This document shows, piece after piece, positions 25,432-36,402 of a stretch of DNA of 52,570 nucleotides. The stretch lies in NCBI RefSeq assembly GCF_001194135.2, contig NC_068984.1, positions 58,876,988 through 58,929,557 of the forward strand, written 5' to 3'. Each line of letters starts with the position of its first letter. Position 1 is the stretch's first letter. This DNA comes from Octopus bimaculoides (lineage: Eukaryota). The notes under the pieces are model-generated. The model ran no database searches, had not been told where the DNA came from, and worked only from the letters and a program-made list of their open reading frames with translations. Both the position numbers and the translations under genes were made by a program.

Positions 25432-26414
25432 ACCCATTTAGCTTTGAATAGATAATTTTTTATTTGTTATTTGCTTTTTTAGTTTGTTCAGATTCCTGCG
25501 TTGTATTAATTGTAGGACAAATTCTGTGTAACTAAGTACATCTTCGTACTTAAATTTTATTGACAAAGCAAACTAACATCTAATGCTATCCTCTTCTAAT
25601 GAATTCCAAACAACAATGCTGTATTGTTGGCAATTTCTATTAAATCTTCTTGTCACCACGCACTGTTATGAGCTAGTGTTGCTATATATACAGCTAAGCT
25701 AACTCTTTTACACCAATGCAATTCAACAAAGGATTCATTGGGCTTAAATCTCTATATTACGTTATCTTAACTAAATTTATAAGATAAATATATATAGGAA
25801 AATAAATATATAAACATGTTAAATATCATTTATTTCAATTTTTTCATCTATTCTAATTTTTCTTTTAATTAAATTGGTGAGATCAAATGACAGTATTTGA
25901 TGTCACCTTCTCTCTTAATTGAAAGTGCATGACTAGAACATAAATGAACATGTTTACTTCTGTTTGCATTTTACATGTGCAATATTGAATTTTTTTATAT
26001 ACTCTGTCTAGTTTTTGAAAGAGAAATGGCTCTAAATGTAATTTTATAAATACAAATTAAAAGGTAGAATTTACATTCATATTTAGACATCAATATTCGT
26101 TTTTCATTGTGGAATTAAATAAATGCTAATCGAAATTAAATTTAATAGATCAGAAATTTAAATAAAGTTTGTCAAGCATTTCACCAGAATTTTTAGTTAC
26201 TAGGCAGCAGTGTGTAATCAATCATTTGAGTGGGTTGTTCTGTAAGGACATTAATAAGGACAGCTCAAGAATATGATATTGACAGTGTTTTTTCTTTTTT
26301 GTGTATCTTGAAATTTAGAAACAGATGATGACTAGTTCAAAGCATTTGTTGAATCCAATTTTGTTTGTTAAATACAAGATTTGCATTAAAAAAAAAGATG
26401 ACCTGATAGGTATG

Positions 26415-26775
26415 AGCATTGGTGTGTAGATAAGAAGCATGCTTCCTAACCATGTAGCCTTGATTTCAAACCTATTGAACAGCACCTTGGGTAAATGTCT
26501 TCTATTATGTCCCTGGGCTGACCAAATACCTTGTGAGTGAATTTGGTAAACAGAAATTGAAAGAAGCTCATTGTGTGTGTGTGTACATATGTATGTATGC
26601 AGGTGTGTATTTTCCTTTGTGTTTGTCCCTTAGAAGTTTGGCATAGGAATTTGATAAAATAAGTACCAGGCTTAGAAAATAAATACCAGTATCAATTTGC
26701 TTCACTAAACTCTTCAAGATGGTGCCCCAGCATGGCCACAGTCCAGTGATTAAACCAAGTAAAATATAAAAGCTA
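26415..26775 (+). mobile_element. tRNA-derived SINE
   Basis: Head, caccttgggtaaatgtcttctatta body and atggtgccccagcatggccacag 3' segment. Confidence 0.75.
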
Positions 26776-27699
26776 TACGCACTGCACAAATGTGAAATGA
26801 TTTTGGCAACTGTATTTTGATTTGAAATGGTAGTCTTTAACCAACAGCCCTCGAAAGTTGTTCTGTAGGTCTACTTCTATGAGTTGGCATAGATCTCTTA
26901 GAATTTATGTTATGTATGGCATGTAACCATCTTATGAATTTAATTGGTTTGAAAACAAGATAAAAACTGTCATTGCAAACCATATCAAATAATAGGAAAC
27001 TGAATAACTCCATTCTTATAACCCATAACTTTTATTATCAGCATAACATTTATATATGTTGAACTTCCCGAGTTACTTATTCTATATTTTCTGATAAAGA
27101 GAACTTTCATATTATCAAAATACAATGCGCATAATGCATTATGTTTTGAAAATATGTGTGTGTGTGTATGTTTTCCTTTCACAAAATGCAGCAGTAGTGA
27201 TGACTTTTAATTATCTTCTGTTTCTTTTGTGACTTCCTTTTCTCTTTGCTTTATCCAATGCAACTGGTATGGCGGAAAGTAAAAATATTCTACAACCCTT
27301 ACTGTGTCATTGGGCCAGCTTTGTCTTCCTGTAGTGTATCAAATTTAATCCCTTTGATGCCAACTTACTTCAGATTATCCCTTGTTCTATGATATAAGCA
27401 TCCTATTTTATGGTAATCTAAATAAAAACCCGTCATCAAAATTTCAGATTAATTCATATGCCAAACAGTAACTTAATAATGACAAACATACTTTACTAAA
27501 TGTTTCATTATTTTAAACAAAAACATCGAATTTCTGCAGAAATATGGCAACAAAAGGGTTACCCCAGTATGTCAGAACACAAATTATTGTTATAATGGCC
27601 AAACAAATCACAGGTACAAACATGAGTAAAATGAAATTGCTCACTTGGGAATCTAAATTTCCTCATAGACTCAACTTGTGGGGAGCTAATCACTATTTT

Positions 27700-28560
27700 A
27701 CTGTGTTTATACACAAGTAGGATAGAGGTTATTAATCAGCCTCTCATGATTGCCAATATTTTTAAATGGGTGGTCAACATGGTTGACTTCAGAGTGACAA
27801 GGAATGGTGATTGTGACAACTTTGATGCTTTTACATAGAAATAAATTGCCTGAAGAGTTTTATTTGAGTACCAGCTGAAAGGCTTGAGTTCAGGCATATT
27901 ATTGTGTATTTGAGTACATAGGTATAAAATTTAATTCTAAACACTCTAGTTCACCAAGCTGTTAGGCAACAGAAACCAGATACCCTAGAAATGTTACCTA
28001 AATAGGGTATCCAAAGGTGAGATATTTCTTATCTTGATGATATAAAATTAGAGCTAAGTGCAACCTTTCTGTATCTGGATGATAAGTCAGTATATCTGGA
28101 CAAAAACAGTTGGAAGGACATCAGTGGTGTCCTCAGATTAGTGGCCATGTAAGCCTTGACAGGAGCTGAACAATCTGATGGTTTTAGATTTCTAGAGACA
28201 TTCCTAGAAACATTTTGCTTATTAGTGAGGTGCATTTGGAATAACATCTTAAATGCATTCAGGAATTATGGAATTAGTTAATAGGAGAGTATGTAAAAAC
28301 CTTGCAAACCTGCTCAAGGCAGTTCCAATTGGCTGACTGGTATTGCTTTGATTTCCTTAATACACTAATGTGGACTTGGACAAGCCACAACGGATCATCC
28401 AAGATGTACATTTTTCTCAGGTTACACAATTGGTCACTTTTGAAGCCACTGATGTGGCAGAACAGCCCAGGACTTGGTACTGGGTTTTCCCCACTAAAAT
28501 TACTCCAAGCGATTTTCTCTCTATTGAGGATCTTTCTTGTTGACATTGTTATCTATTGAT
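27700..28560 (-). pseudogene. Possible ancient LINE ORF2 relic
   Basis: Consecutive short minus-strand ORFs with normal codon complexity; YQSANWNCLEQ and ECI*DVIPN loosely resemble the post-endonuclease region of LINE ORF2. Confidence 0.3.
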
Positions 28561-28689
28561 TGTTTTTTTTTTGTTTTTTTTATTTCACCTTTTACAAACT
28601 CTCATTGTGTTGATTTTCATACTTATGATATCCTCAGTATCTTGGTTATTATAACTAAGAAAAAGAAATCATTATTGTTATTGTCATTA

Positions 28690-29800
28690 TTAGGGTGGCA
28701 AAGCTGGTAGAATTATCAAATTATTAGAAATATTACTTTGCAGTATTTGTTTCAGCTCTTTTACATTCAAAGCTGAGGTCAACTTTACCTTTCATTTCTA
28801 AAGAGTCAACAAAATAAAGTACCAGTCAAGTACTGGAGTTGGCCTTGTGCCTAAATTAGAAAACCATTTTAAGGTGATGAGCTGTCAGAGTCATTAGAAG
28901 AAATGCTTTGTGACATTTGTTCCAGCACTTTACATTTTGAGTTTAAATCTTCTTGAGGTCAACTTTGCCTTTCATTCATCCAGGTTCAATAAAATAATGT
29001 GAGAGTCATGAGTGGAGTCAATGTAATCAACTAATCCTCTTTCATCAAATTCGTTGGCTTTGTACCTCAACTAGAAACTATTATTATTATAGTGTTGAGC
29101 TGGTAGAATTGTTAGTTCATCAAACAAAATGCTTAGCAGCATTTCTTCTGACTTGTTACTTTCTGAGTTTAAATTCTGCTGAGGTCAGCTTTGCCTTTCA
29201 TCCTTTCAGAGTTGATANNNNNNNNNNNNNNNNNNNNNNNNNNNNNNNNNNNNNNNNNNNNNNNNNNNNNNNNNNNNNNNNNNNNNNNNNNNNNNNNNNN
29301 NNNNNNNNNNNNNNNNNNNNNGCCTATAATAGAAAGGATTGTTATTATTATTATTATTAAGGTAGAAAGCTGGCAGAATTGTTAGCATGATGGATGAAGT
29401 GCTATATTCTGAGTTCAAATTCCACCAAGGTCAACTTTGCCTTTCATTCTTTTGGGCTTAATAAATTGAGTACCAGTGAGACACTAGGATCAATGTAATC
29501 AACTAGTCCCCTCCCACCAAATTTCAGGCCTTGTGCTTTTAGTAGAAAGGATTGTTGTTATTATTATTATTATTATTAAGGCGGCGAGCTGGCAGATTCG
29601 TTAGCACAGCGGGTGAAATGATTAGCAGTATTTCGTCTGTTGCTATGTTCTGAGTTCAAATTCCGCCGAGGTCAACTTTGCCTTTCATCCTTTCCAGGTC
29701 GATTAGATAAGTACCAGTTACGCACTGGTGCTGACGTAATCGGCTTAATCCCCTCCCCCAAATTTCAGGCCTTGTGCCTACAGTAGAAAGGATCATTATT
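28690..29800 (+). mobile_element. Head-to-tail array of about five Nin-domain-like SINE copies
   Basis: Units start near 28692, 28872, 29091, 29359 and 29577, mostly separated by (ATT)n; gap 29218-29321. Confidence 0.85.
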
Positions 29801-29887
29801 ATTACTATTATTGGGTGCTGGGAAACCTATTGGCTTACACATTACACTGAATGCAGTTTTAATATATTGTTATTTAGAAAACTCTTA

Positions 29888-29928
<41 letters not shown>

Positions 29929-30096
29929 CACAACTGTATATATAACCAGTGCTCTTTTTTTCTAATATCGTTTCAATAGTGATTTCTCACATAGGTACAA
30001 GGCCTGTTACTATTTTATTATAAAATGAGCCAACAAGGAAATATGTATGCGATCAGTCTCTAGACGCACTAGAAATAGCTATCAAATTACCCTCAT

Positions 30097-30214
30097 ATTC
30101 TTTTATTCTTTTACTTGTTTCAATCATTTAATTGTGGCTATGCTGAAGCACTGCACTAATGGGATTTTAGTTGAACAAATTGACCCCAGTCTAATACTTA
30201 TTCTATCATATATA

Positions 30215-30283
<69 letters not shown>

Positions 30284-30441
30284 CAGGCTTCTTTCAGTCT
30301 CTGTCTACCAAATCCACTCACAAGGCTTTGGTTGGCCCGAGGCTATAATAGAATACACTTGCTGAAGGTGCAACACAGTGTGAGTAGACACAGAACCATA
30401 TGGCTGGGAAGCAAACTTCTTACCACACACACATGCCTGTA
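30097..30441 (-). mobile_element. tRNA-derived SINE with internal (TA)n
   Basis: Both halves present. Confidence 0.8.
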
Positions 30442-30449
30442 CTTATTAC

Positions 30450-30741
30450 TTTTTACTCTTTTACTTGTTTCAGTCATTTGACTGCGACCATGCTGGAGCA
30501 CCGCCTTTAGTCGAGCAAATCGATCCCAGGACTTATTCTTTTGTAAGCCTAGTACTTATTCTATCAGTCTCTTTTTGCCGAACCGTTAAGTTACGGGGAC
30601 GTAAACACACCAGCATCGGTTGTCGAGCGATGGTGGGGGGACAAACACAGATACACAAACACACATACATATATATTTATTTATTTATTTATTTATTTAT
30701 GTGTTTCAGCCAAGTGGCTGCGGTCATGCTGGTGCACCACC

Positions 30742-30780
<39 letters not shown>

Positions 30781-30946
30781 TACGACAGGCTTCTTTCAGT
30801 TTCCGTCTACCAAATCCACTCACAAGGCTTTGGTCGGCCCGAAGCTATAGTAGAAGACACTTGCCCAAGGTGCCATGCAGTGGGACTGAACCCAGGACCA
30901 TGTGGTTGGTAAGCAAGCTACTTACCACACAGCCACTCCTGTGCCT
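30450..30946 (-). mobile_element. Young tRNA-derived SINE, CpG-rich, full length
   Basis: Full head-to-tail copy with internal (TA)n/(TTTA)n. Confidence 0.9.
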
Positions 30947-31499
30947 ATGCTTATGTTTTAAATAAAGAAGGATACATTAGATTGTGTAGTTCCAGATATA
31001 TGCATATCATCCTGGAGAATGAAACAAGCTGGTCATGGCTGGAATGCAACTGATCAAGTCACTGCTGTGGATAAGCAACAACTTCTGTATTTAGCTGTCA
31101 ATTTTCTTGAATTGCATTTCAATACATGTATTATTCATATTTTTCATCTTAGGAAAAGCAAGAAGCTACCCTTTACATGAATATAGACTCAGAATTCTAA
31201 CTCAAATTCAAATCCCTATGCTCTATATCCAATTCATGATTCATAATTAAAAATAGACATATTTACAAAACATTTTGTTTTGTTCACTTCTCTTTTAAAA
31301 TTTACTGCACATTAAGCTATTTTCTCTTTGGAGAATCATAAGCTTTATCTCTTTTCAGATTGCGTAGGCTGATTTATATGATTATATACATGTAGAAATA
31401 TTAAAGCCTCTAAATCAACCAAATACATATAGAATATGTGTGTGTATGTATTTGCACACATGTATATATATAATCCTCTGTGTGTGTGTGTGTGTGTGT

Positions 31500-31602
31500 G
31501 TGTGAGCTTCAGTAATACATATACTAAAATTGGAATGATACAGAGATTATCATGGCCCCTGTATAAGGATGACATGCAAATTCATGAAGCATTTCATATT
31601 TT
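31500..31602 (+). pseudogene. U6: U6 snRNA pseudogene
   Basis: cttcagtaatacatatactaaaattggaatgatacagagattatcatggcccctgtataaggatgacatgcaaattcatgaagcatttcatatttt aligns over the length of canonical U6, with CpG transitions and a deletion next to the ACAGAGA box; (TG)n lies directly upstream. Confidence 0.9.
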
Positions 31603-31677
31603 CTGAATAGTTGTGCTCTGGCATGGCTTACAGCCCTTGAGGTGGGACACAAAAAGGAAAGAAAGGAAATGCATGTA

Positions 31678-31710
<33 letters not shown>

Positions 31711-31991
31711 GGGAGAATATACAAATAATAACAACAGACGAGGACAGGTGGTGTAAATAACAAAAGTATATATTAGTATGATATATATATATATATACAT
31801 ATATTATATGCAATTCTATTACTTATAAAACTGTTATGGTACAGTGGGTTATATTTCAGAAGGGTGGTAGTAAAGAAAGACAGAGAAATTGAAATTCACA
31901 AGCAGTTGTATGGGGCTGGTAAAGAAGCAGCAGGAGAAACTTCATGAGCAGGTGGTAGGAGGAGGTAAAAAAACAATTGCTCTATATGACT

Positions 31992-32087
<96 letters not shown>

Positions 32088-32170
32088 TATATATATATAT
32101 ATATATACACACACATTACAGACACACACAAACACACATTATATATACACACACACACACACACATATAT
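31992..32170. repeat. (CA)n/(TA)n microsatellite
   Basis: Long CA run; source of several artefact ORFs. Confidence 0.95.
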
Positions 32171-32326
32171 ATAGGAAAATTATAGTGATCAACTAAACTT
32201 GACTAAGGGTGTGAATAGCACCTACATTGCTAGATATAGGAGCTAAAATGCTCCAATGCTGTTACAAAGCACATAATATATACTCTGATAGGGGCTGCAA
32301 TCGCCCTGAGCACCTAACAGAGAATT

Positions 32327-32378
32327 CCTTAGACTGACCGGCCAGTTTTAGCTCTTTCGATAGCCATCTTCAGTAAAG
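32327..32378 (-). ncRNA. Type I hammerhead in array unit 1 (G12 changed to A)
   Basis: Minus: CTTTA-CTGAAGA-TGGCT-atcgaaag-AGCT-AAA-ACTGG-CCGG-TCAGT-C^TAAGG. Confidence 0.75.
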
Positions 32379-32810
32379 CCAGCTCATTCAGTTGATTCCG
32401 AGCTAGCTTGCTTATCAGAGTAAATATACTCACCATAAAAATCTAGCAGATTGCTAATGTGTATACAAAAAAAATTCAATAAAAACAGCTGTTTACAACA
32501 TTATACCTTAAAGGGAAATCAACTAAACTTGACTAAGGGTGTAAATAACATCTACATTGCTAGAAACAGGAGCTAAAATGTTCCAATGCTATTGCAGAGT
32601 ACATAACATATACTCTGATAGGGACTACAATCTCCCTGAACACTGAACCAAGACTTCCTTGGACTGACCTTTATGGTATAATGCTGCAAACAGCTGTTTT
32701 TATTAATCTTTGCATGTACATCAGTGATCTGCTAAACCATCCATAGATTTTTATGGTGAGTGTATACACTCTGATAGATGAGCTAGCCCAGAATCAACTG
32801 AACGAGCTGG

Positions 32811-32860
32811 CCTTACTGAAGATGGAAGGTAAGAGCTGAAACTGGCCGGTCAGTCTAAGG
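32811..32860 (+). ncRNA. Type I hammerhead in array unit 3 (core intact, stem II damaged)
   Basis: CCTTA-CTGAAGA-TGGaaggtaagAGCT-GAA-ACTGG-CCGG-TCAGT-C^TAAGG; predicted cleavage after 32855 (GUC). Confidence 0.8.
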
Positions 32861-33149
32861 AGTTCTTGGTTCAGGGTGATTGCAGCCGCTATCAGAGTAT
32901 TTGCTATGTGCTTTGTAACAGCATTCAAGCATTTTAGCTCCTGTTTCTAGCAATGCAGGTGTTATTCACACCCTTAGTCAAGTTTAGTTTGACAGCTATA
33001 ATTTTCCTTTATGACATAACATTACAAACAGCTGTTTTTATTAATTTTTTGTATACACATTAATGATCTGCTAAATCATCCATAGATATTTATGGTGAAT
33101 ATATACACTCTGATAGGCAAGCTAGCCTGGAATCAACCGAATGGGCTCG

Positions 33150-33201
33150 CCGTACTGAAGATGGCTACGGAAAAAACCAAAACTGGCCGGTCAGTCTCAG
33201 G
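33150..33201 (+). ncRNA. Type I hammerhead in array unit 4 (G12 changed to A, stem I damaged)
   Basis: CCGTA-CTGAAGA-TGGCTacggaaaAAACC-AAA-ACTGG-CCGG-TCAGT-C^TCAGG. Confidence 0.7.
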
Positions 33202-33414
33202 AATCCTCAGTTTGGTGTTCAGAGCAATTGCAGCACCAACAGAGTATATGTTATGTGCTTTATAACAGCATTGGAGCATTTTAGCTCCTATTTCTAGTAA
33301 TGTAGGTATTATTCACACCCTTAGTCAAGTTTAGCTTGACAACTATAATTTTCTTTTACGGTATAACATTGCAAACAGCTGTTTTTATTAATTGTATACA
33401 TATATATATCAGAT

Positions 33415-33515
33415 TGGAGCCTGGTGTAGCCATCTGGTTTCACCAGTCCTCAGTCAAATCGTCCAACCCATGCTAGCATGGAAAGCGGACGTTAAACGAC
33501 GACGACGACGACGAT
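33415..33515 (+). mobile_element. RTE-type 3' tail fragment
   Basis: ccaacccatgctagcatggaaagcggacgttaaa followed by (cga)n; same 3' end as the RTE relic at 24150-25431. Confidence 0.75.
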
Positions 33516-34609
33516 ATATATANNNNNNNNNNNNNNNNNNNNNNNNNNNNNNNNNNNNNNNNNNNNNNNNNNNNNNNNNNNNNNNNNNNNNNNNNNNNNN
33601 NNNNNNNNNNNNNNNNNNNNNNNNNNNNNNNNNNNNNNNNNNNNNNNNNNNNNNNNNNNNNNNNNNNNNNNNNNNNNNNNNNNNNNNNNNNNNNNNNNNN
33701 NNNNNNNNNNNNNNNNNNNNNNNNNNNNNNNNNNNNNNNNNNNNNNNNNNNNNNNNNNNNNNNNNNNNNNNNNNNNNNNNNNNNNNNNNNNNNNNNNNNN
33801 NNNNNNNNNNNNNNNNNNNNNNNNNNNNNNNNNNNNNNNNNNNNNNNNNNNNNNNNNNNNNNNNNNNNNNNNNNNNNNNNNNNNNNNNNNNNNNNNNNNN
33901 NNNNNNNNNNNNNNNNNNNNNNNNNNNNNNNNNNNNNNNNNNNNNNNNNNNNNNNNNNNNNNNNNNNNNNNNNNNNNNNNNNNNNNNNNNNNNNNNNNNN
34001 NNNNNNNNNNNNNNNNNNNNNNNNNNNNNNNNNNNNNNNNNNNNNNNNNNNNNNNNNNNNNNNNNNNNNNNNNNNNNNNNNNNNNNNNNNNNNNNNNNNN
34101 NNNNNNNNNNNNNNNNNNNNNNNNNNNNNNNNNNNNNNNNNNNNNNNNNNNNNNNNNNNNNNNNNNNNNNNNNNNNNNNNNNNNNNNNNNNNNNNNNNNN
34201 NNNNNNNNNNNNNNNNNNNNNNNNNNNNNNNNNNNNNNNNNNNNNNNNNNNAAAGGTCTCTGAATAAGGTTTGTTTAAGGATGTTGAACAAAACAACCAT
34301 GCTTACAAAGGTGAATTATTCAAACCCCAAAGAATTCCTCTCAACACATGACTATGATGCTCCCCCACTACTTCTGCTTGTGATCAGAGATGCACATATC
34401 GTCAGCCACCAAGGGACATGCTCAACTGGTTAAGGTCAAACAACTGACAAGCAAATCTGTGGTACTGAGCAGAATATTTGCTGTAGCCCATCTTTTTATA
34501 CCAAGACAAAACAATGTACATGATAACACTTCCAATCAATTAAGATCAGAAGCCATGAGAGCCACTGCCTGGTACTGCATCCGGGCATTTATTATTATTA
34601 TTATTATTA

Positions 34610-34995
34610 TTATATATCATTATCATGTGTCCATTTTCCATGCTAGCATGGGTTGATTGGTTTGACAGGAGTTGATCAGCTGAAGGGCTGTTCAGGCTCC
34701 ATGTCTGTTTTGGCATGGTTTCTATGGTTGAATGCCCTTCCTAATGCCAACCACTTTACAGAATGCACTGGGTGCTTACATGCAGCACCAGCACAGGTGC
34801 TTTTTACATAACACCAGCACTTAAGAACCCACAAGATTAGGGATGCTCAGCAAGGGATGAGCCTGTATGCAAGGGCAGCCATGCTTTTACTTAGCTTAAC
34901 ATATCTTTTCAAGCACAGCAAACTGCTAGGAGTCTCAGTCCCCTGTCATCCCCTCTGTGAGTCCCAACATTTGTAGGTCTTTTCTCACTACTTCA
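34610..34995 (-). mobile_element. RTE-tail-bearing repeat fragment
   Basis: ttttccatgctagcatgggttg...atgcccttcctaatgccaaccac; shared with 18670-18870, 41905-42170 and 52263-52570. Confidence 0.7.
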
Positions 34996-35584
34996 TTCCA
35001 CATCTTTCTGGGTCTATCCCTTCCACACATTCATTCTATAGTTAGAAATCTTGATGCAACTGTCTTCATTCATACACAATATATATATATAATATATATA
35101 TATATATTTAAGTTATCTGTGTGTTGTGTGTGTGTATGCAAGAGTGTATGGATATTTTCTTGAATCAAAATCAGTATCTGTCTGTCTCGCTCTCTCTAAA
35201 TATGTATATATATGTGAGGTAGGGAAGAAGTATATTATATGCAGGGTGTTCAGGCTATATTTGACAGTCTGCATAAAAGGAAAAGAAAACACAATATCCC
35301 ATCCAAAAATAAAAGTATTTTTTAAAAATCAAATAATATTGACTAGATTATGACTGGGAGATAATAGTTTATTTGAAGTAACTACCCTCAGCTTTCACCA
35401 TGGCTTCAAAACACTTCTGTCAGCTCGCCACCATAATCTGTATTAATATCAAAAGGTAGAAGGGTGCCAGATGAAATACTTTCTGTTATTTAGTATTTTT
35501 TACTATACTCTCTATTCAAAACCCTCAGGGTCAACTTTGTCTTTCATCCATTCTTTATTGAGATGATTAAAAAGTATACAGCTT

Positions 35585-35740
35585 TGCACCAGTGACATCA
35601 CAACTCATTTCTACAGCTGAGTGAACTGGAGCAACATGAGATGAAGTGTCTTGCTTAAGAACACAACACACAGCCCAGTTCAGGAATTGAACTTACTACC
35701 TCATGATTGTGAGCCCAATGCTCTAACTGCTGAGCCATAT
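35585..35740 (-). mobile_element. tRNA-derived SINE, third family
   Basis: ctggagcaac..gaagtgtcttgcttaagaacacaac..ggaattgaacttactacctcatgattgtgagc; related copies at 43830-44084 and 45560-45720. Confidence 0.7.
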
Positions 35741-36366
35741 TTTCATCATTACCATCATCTTCATCATAATTATTACCTTCATCATGTAAAGACTATAGCC
35801 AACGTCATCATCATCTTCATTCATGGCTTCTTTTTCACCAATCTCTCTCACTCTCTCCCTCCCTCTCTCCCTGTCTCTCTCTCCGTGGAATAAAGTAAAA
35901 GTGATATAAAGAAATGAAAGTTTATATATAAGCAAAAAATCTATACACATTACTTGTACATTTGTAAGATCTTATTCACTAAGAAATAAGAAATATACAG
36001 TTTAGAAAAAATTTTTGCTTTTTCTGATTTTGCTACTGCACTTTTAGCCACTTGGAAAATTAGCTGAGAGATGTTACTTCCTTCACTGATATGCATTCCA
36101 GGTCACTTCTTTCTGACTCTCTTAACTCCTTGACACCCTCCAATCTTCCCTGGAATTTGGGATCACATCTTTTACTAATATAGTTTATCTAACTTGTCAT
36201 TATCACTTTGAGGAATTCTGGATCACATCTTCTCTGACTCATTTTATCTCATTTCTCCCTTTTCTCTATCTTTCCTGATTAGAATGAGCAAAATATGAAC
36301 AACCAAACTATATTTCAACTACTTTACACCATCGTAGAATATAACATTTCTTGCTTTTTATTTGAT

Positions 36367-36402
<36 letters not shown>

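Larger units (their letters stand above)
32174..33400. mobile_element. Tandem/inverted array of ~330-347 bp hammerhead-containing monomers (candidate non-LTR retrozyme)
   Basis: Minus-sense units 32174-32519 and 32520-32669 (partial); plus-sense units 32670-33007, 33008-33354 and 33355-33400 (partial); aactaaacttgactaagggtg at 32191 and 32521, its reverse complement near 32968 and 33315. Confidence 0.85.

Noticed and set aside
34251-34590. Higher-complexity segment first suspected to be an snRNA or exon
   Set aside because: No Sm site or snRNA motif that I can match and no convincing ORF; probably an unclassified interspersed repeat.
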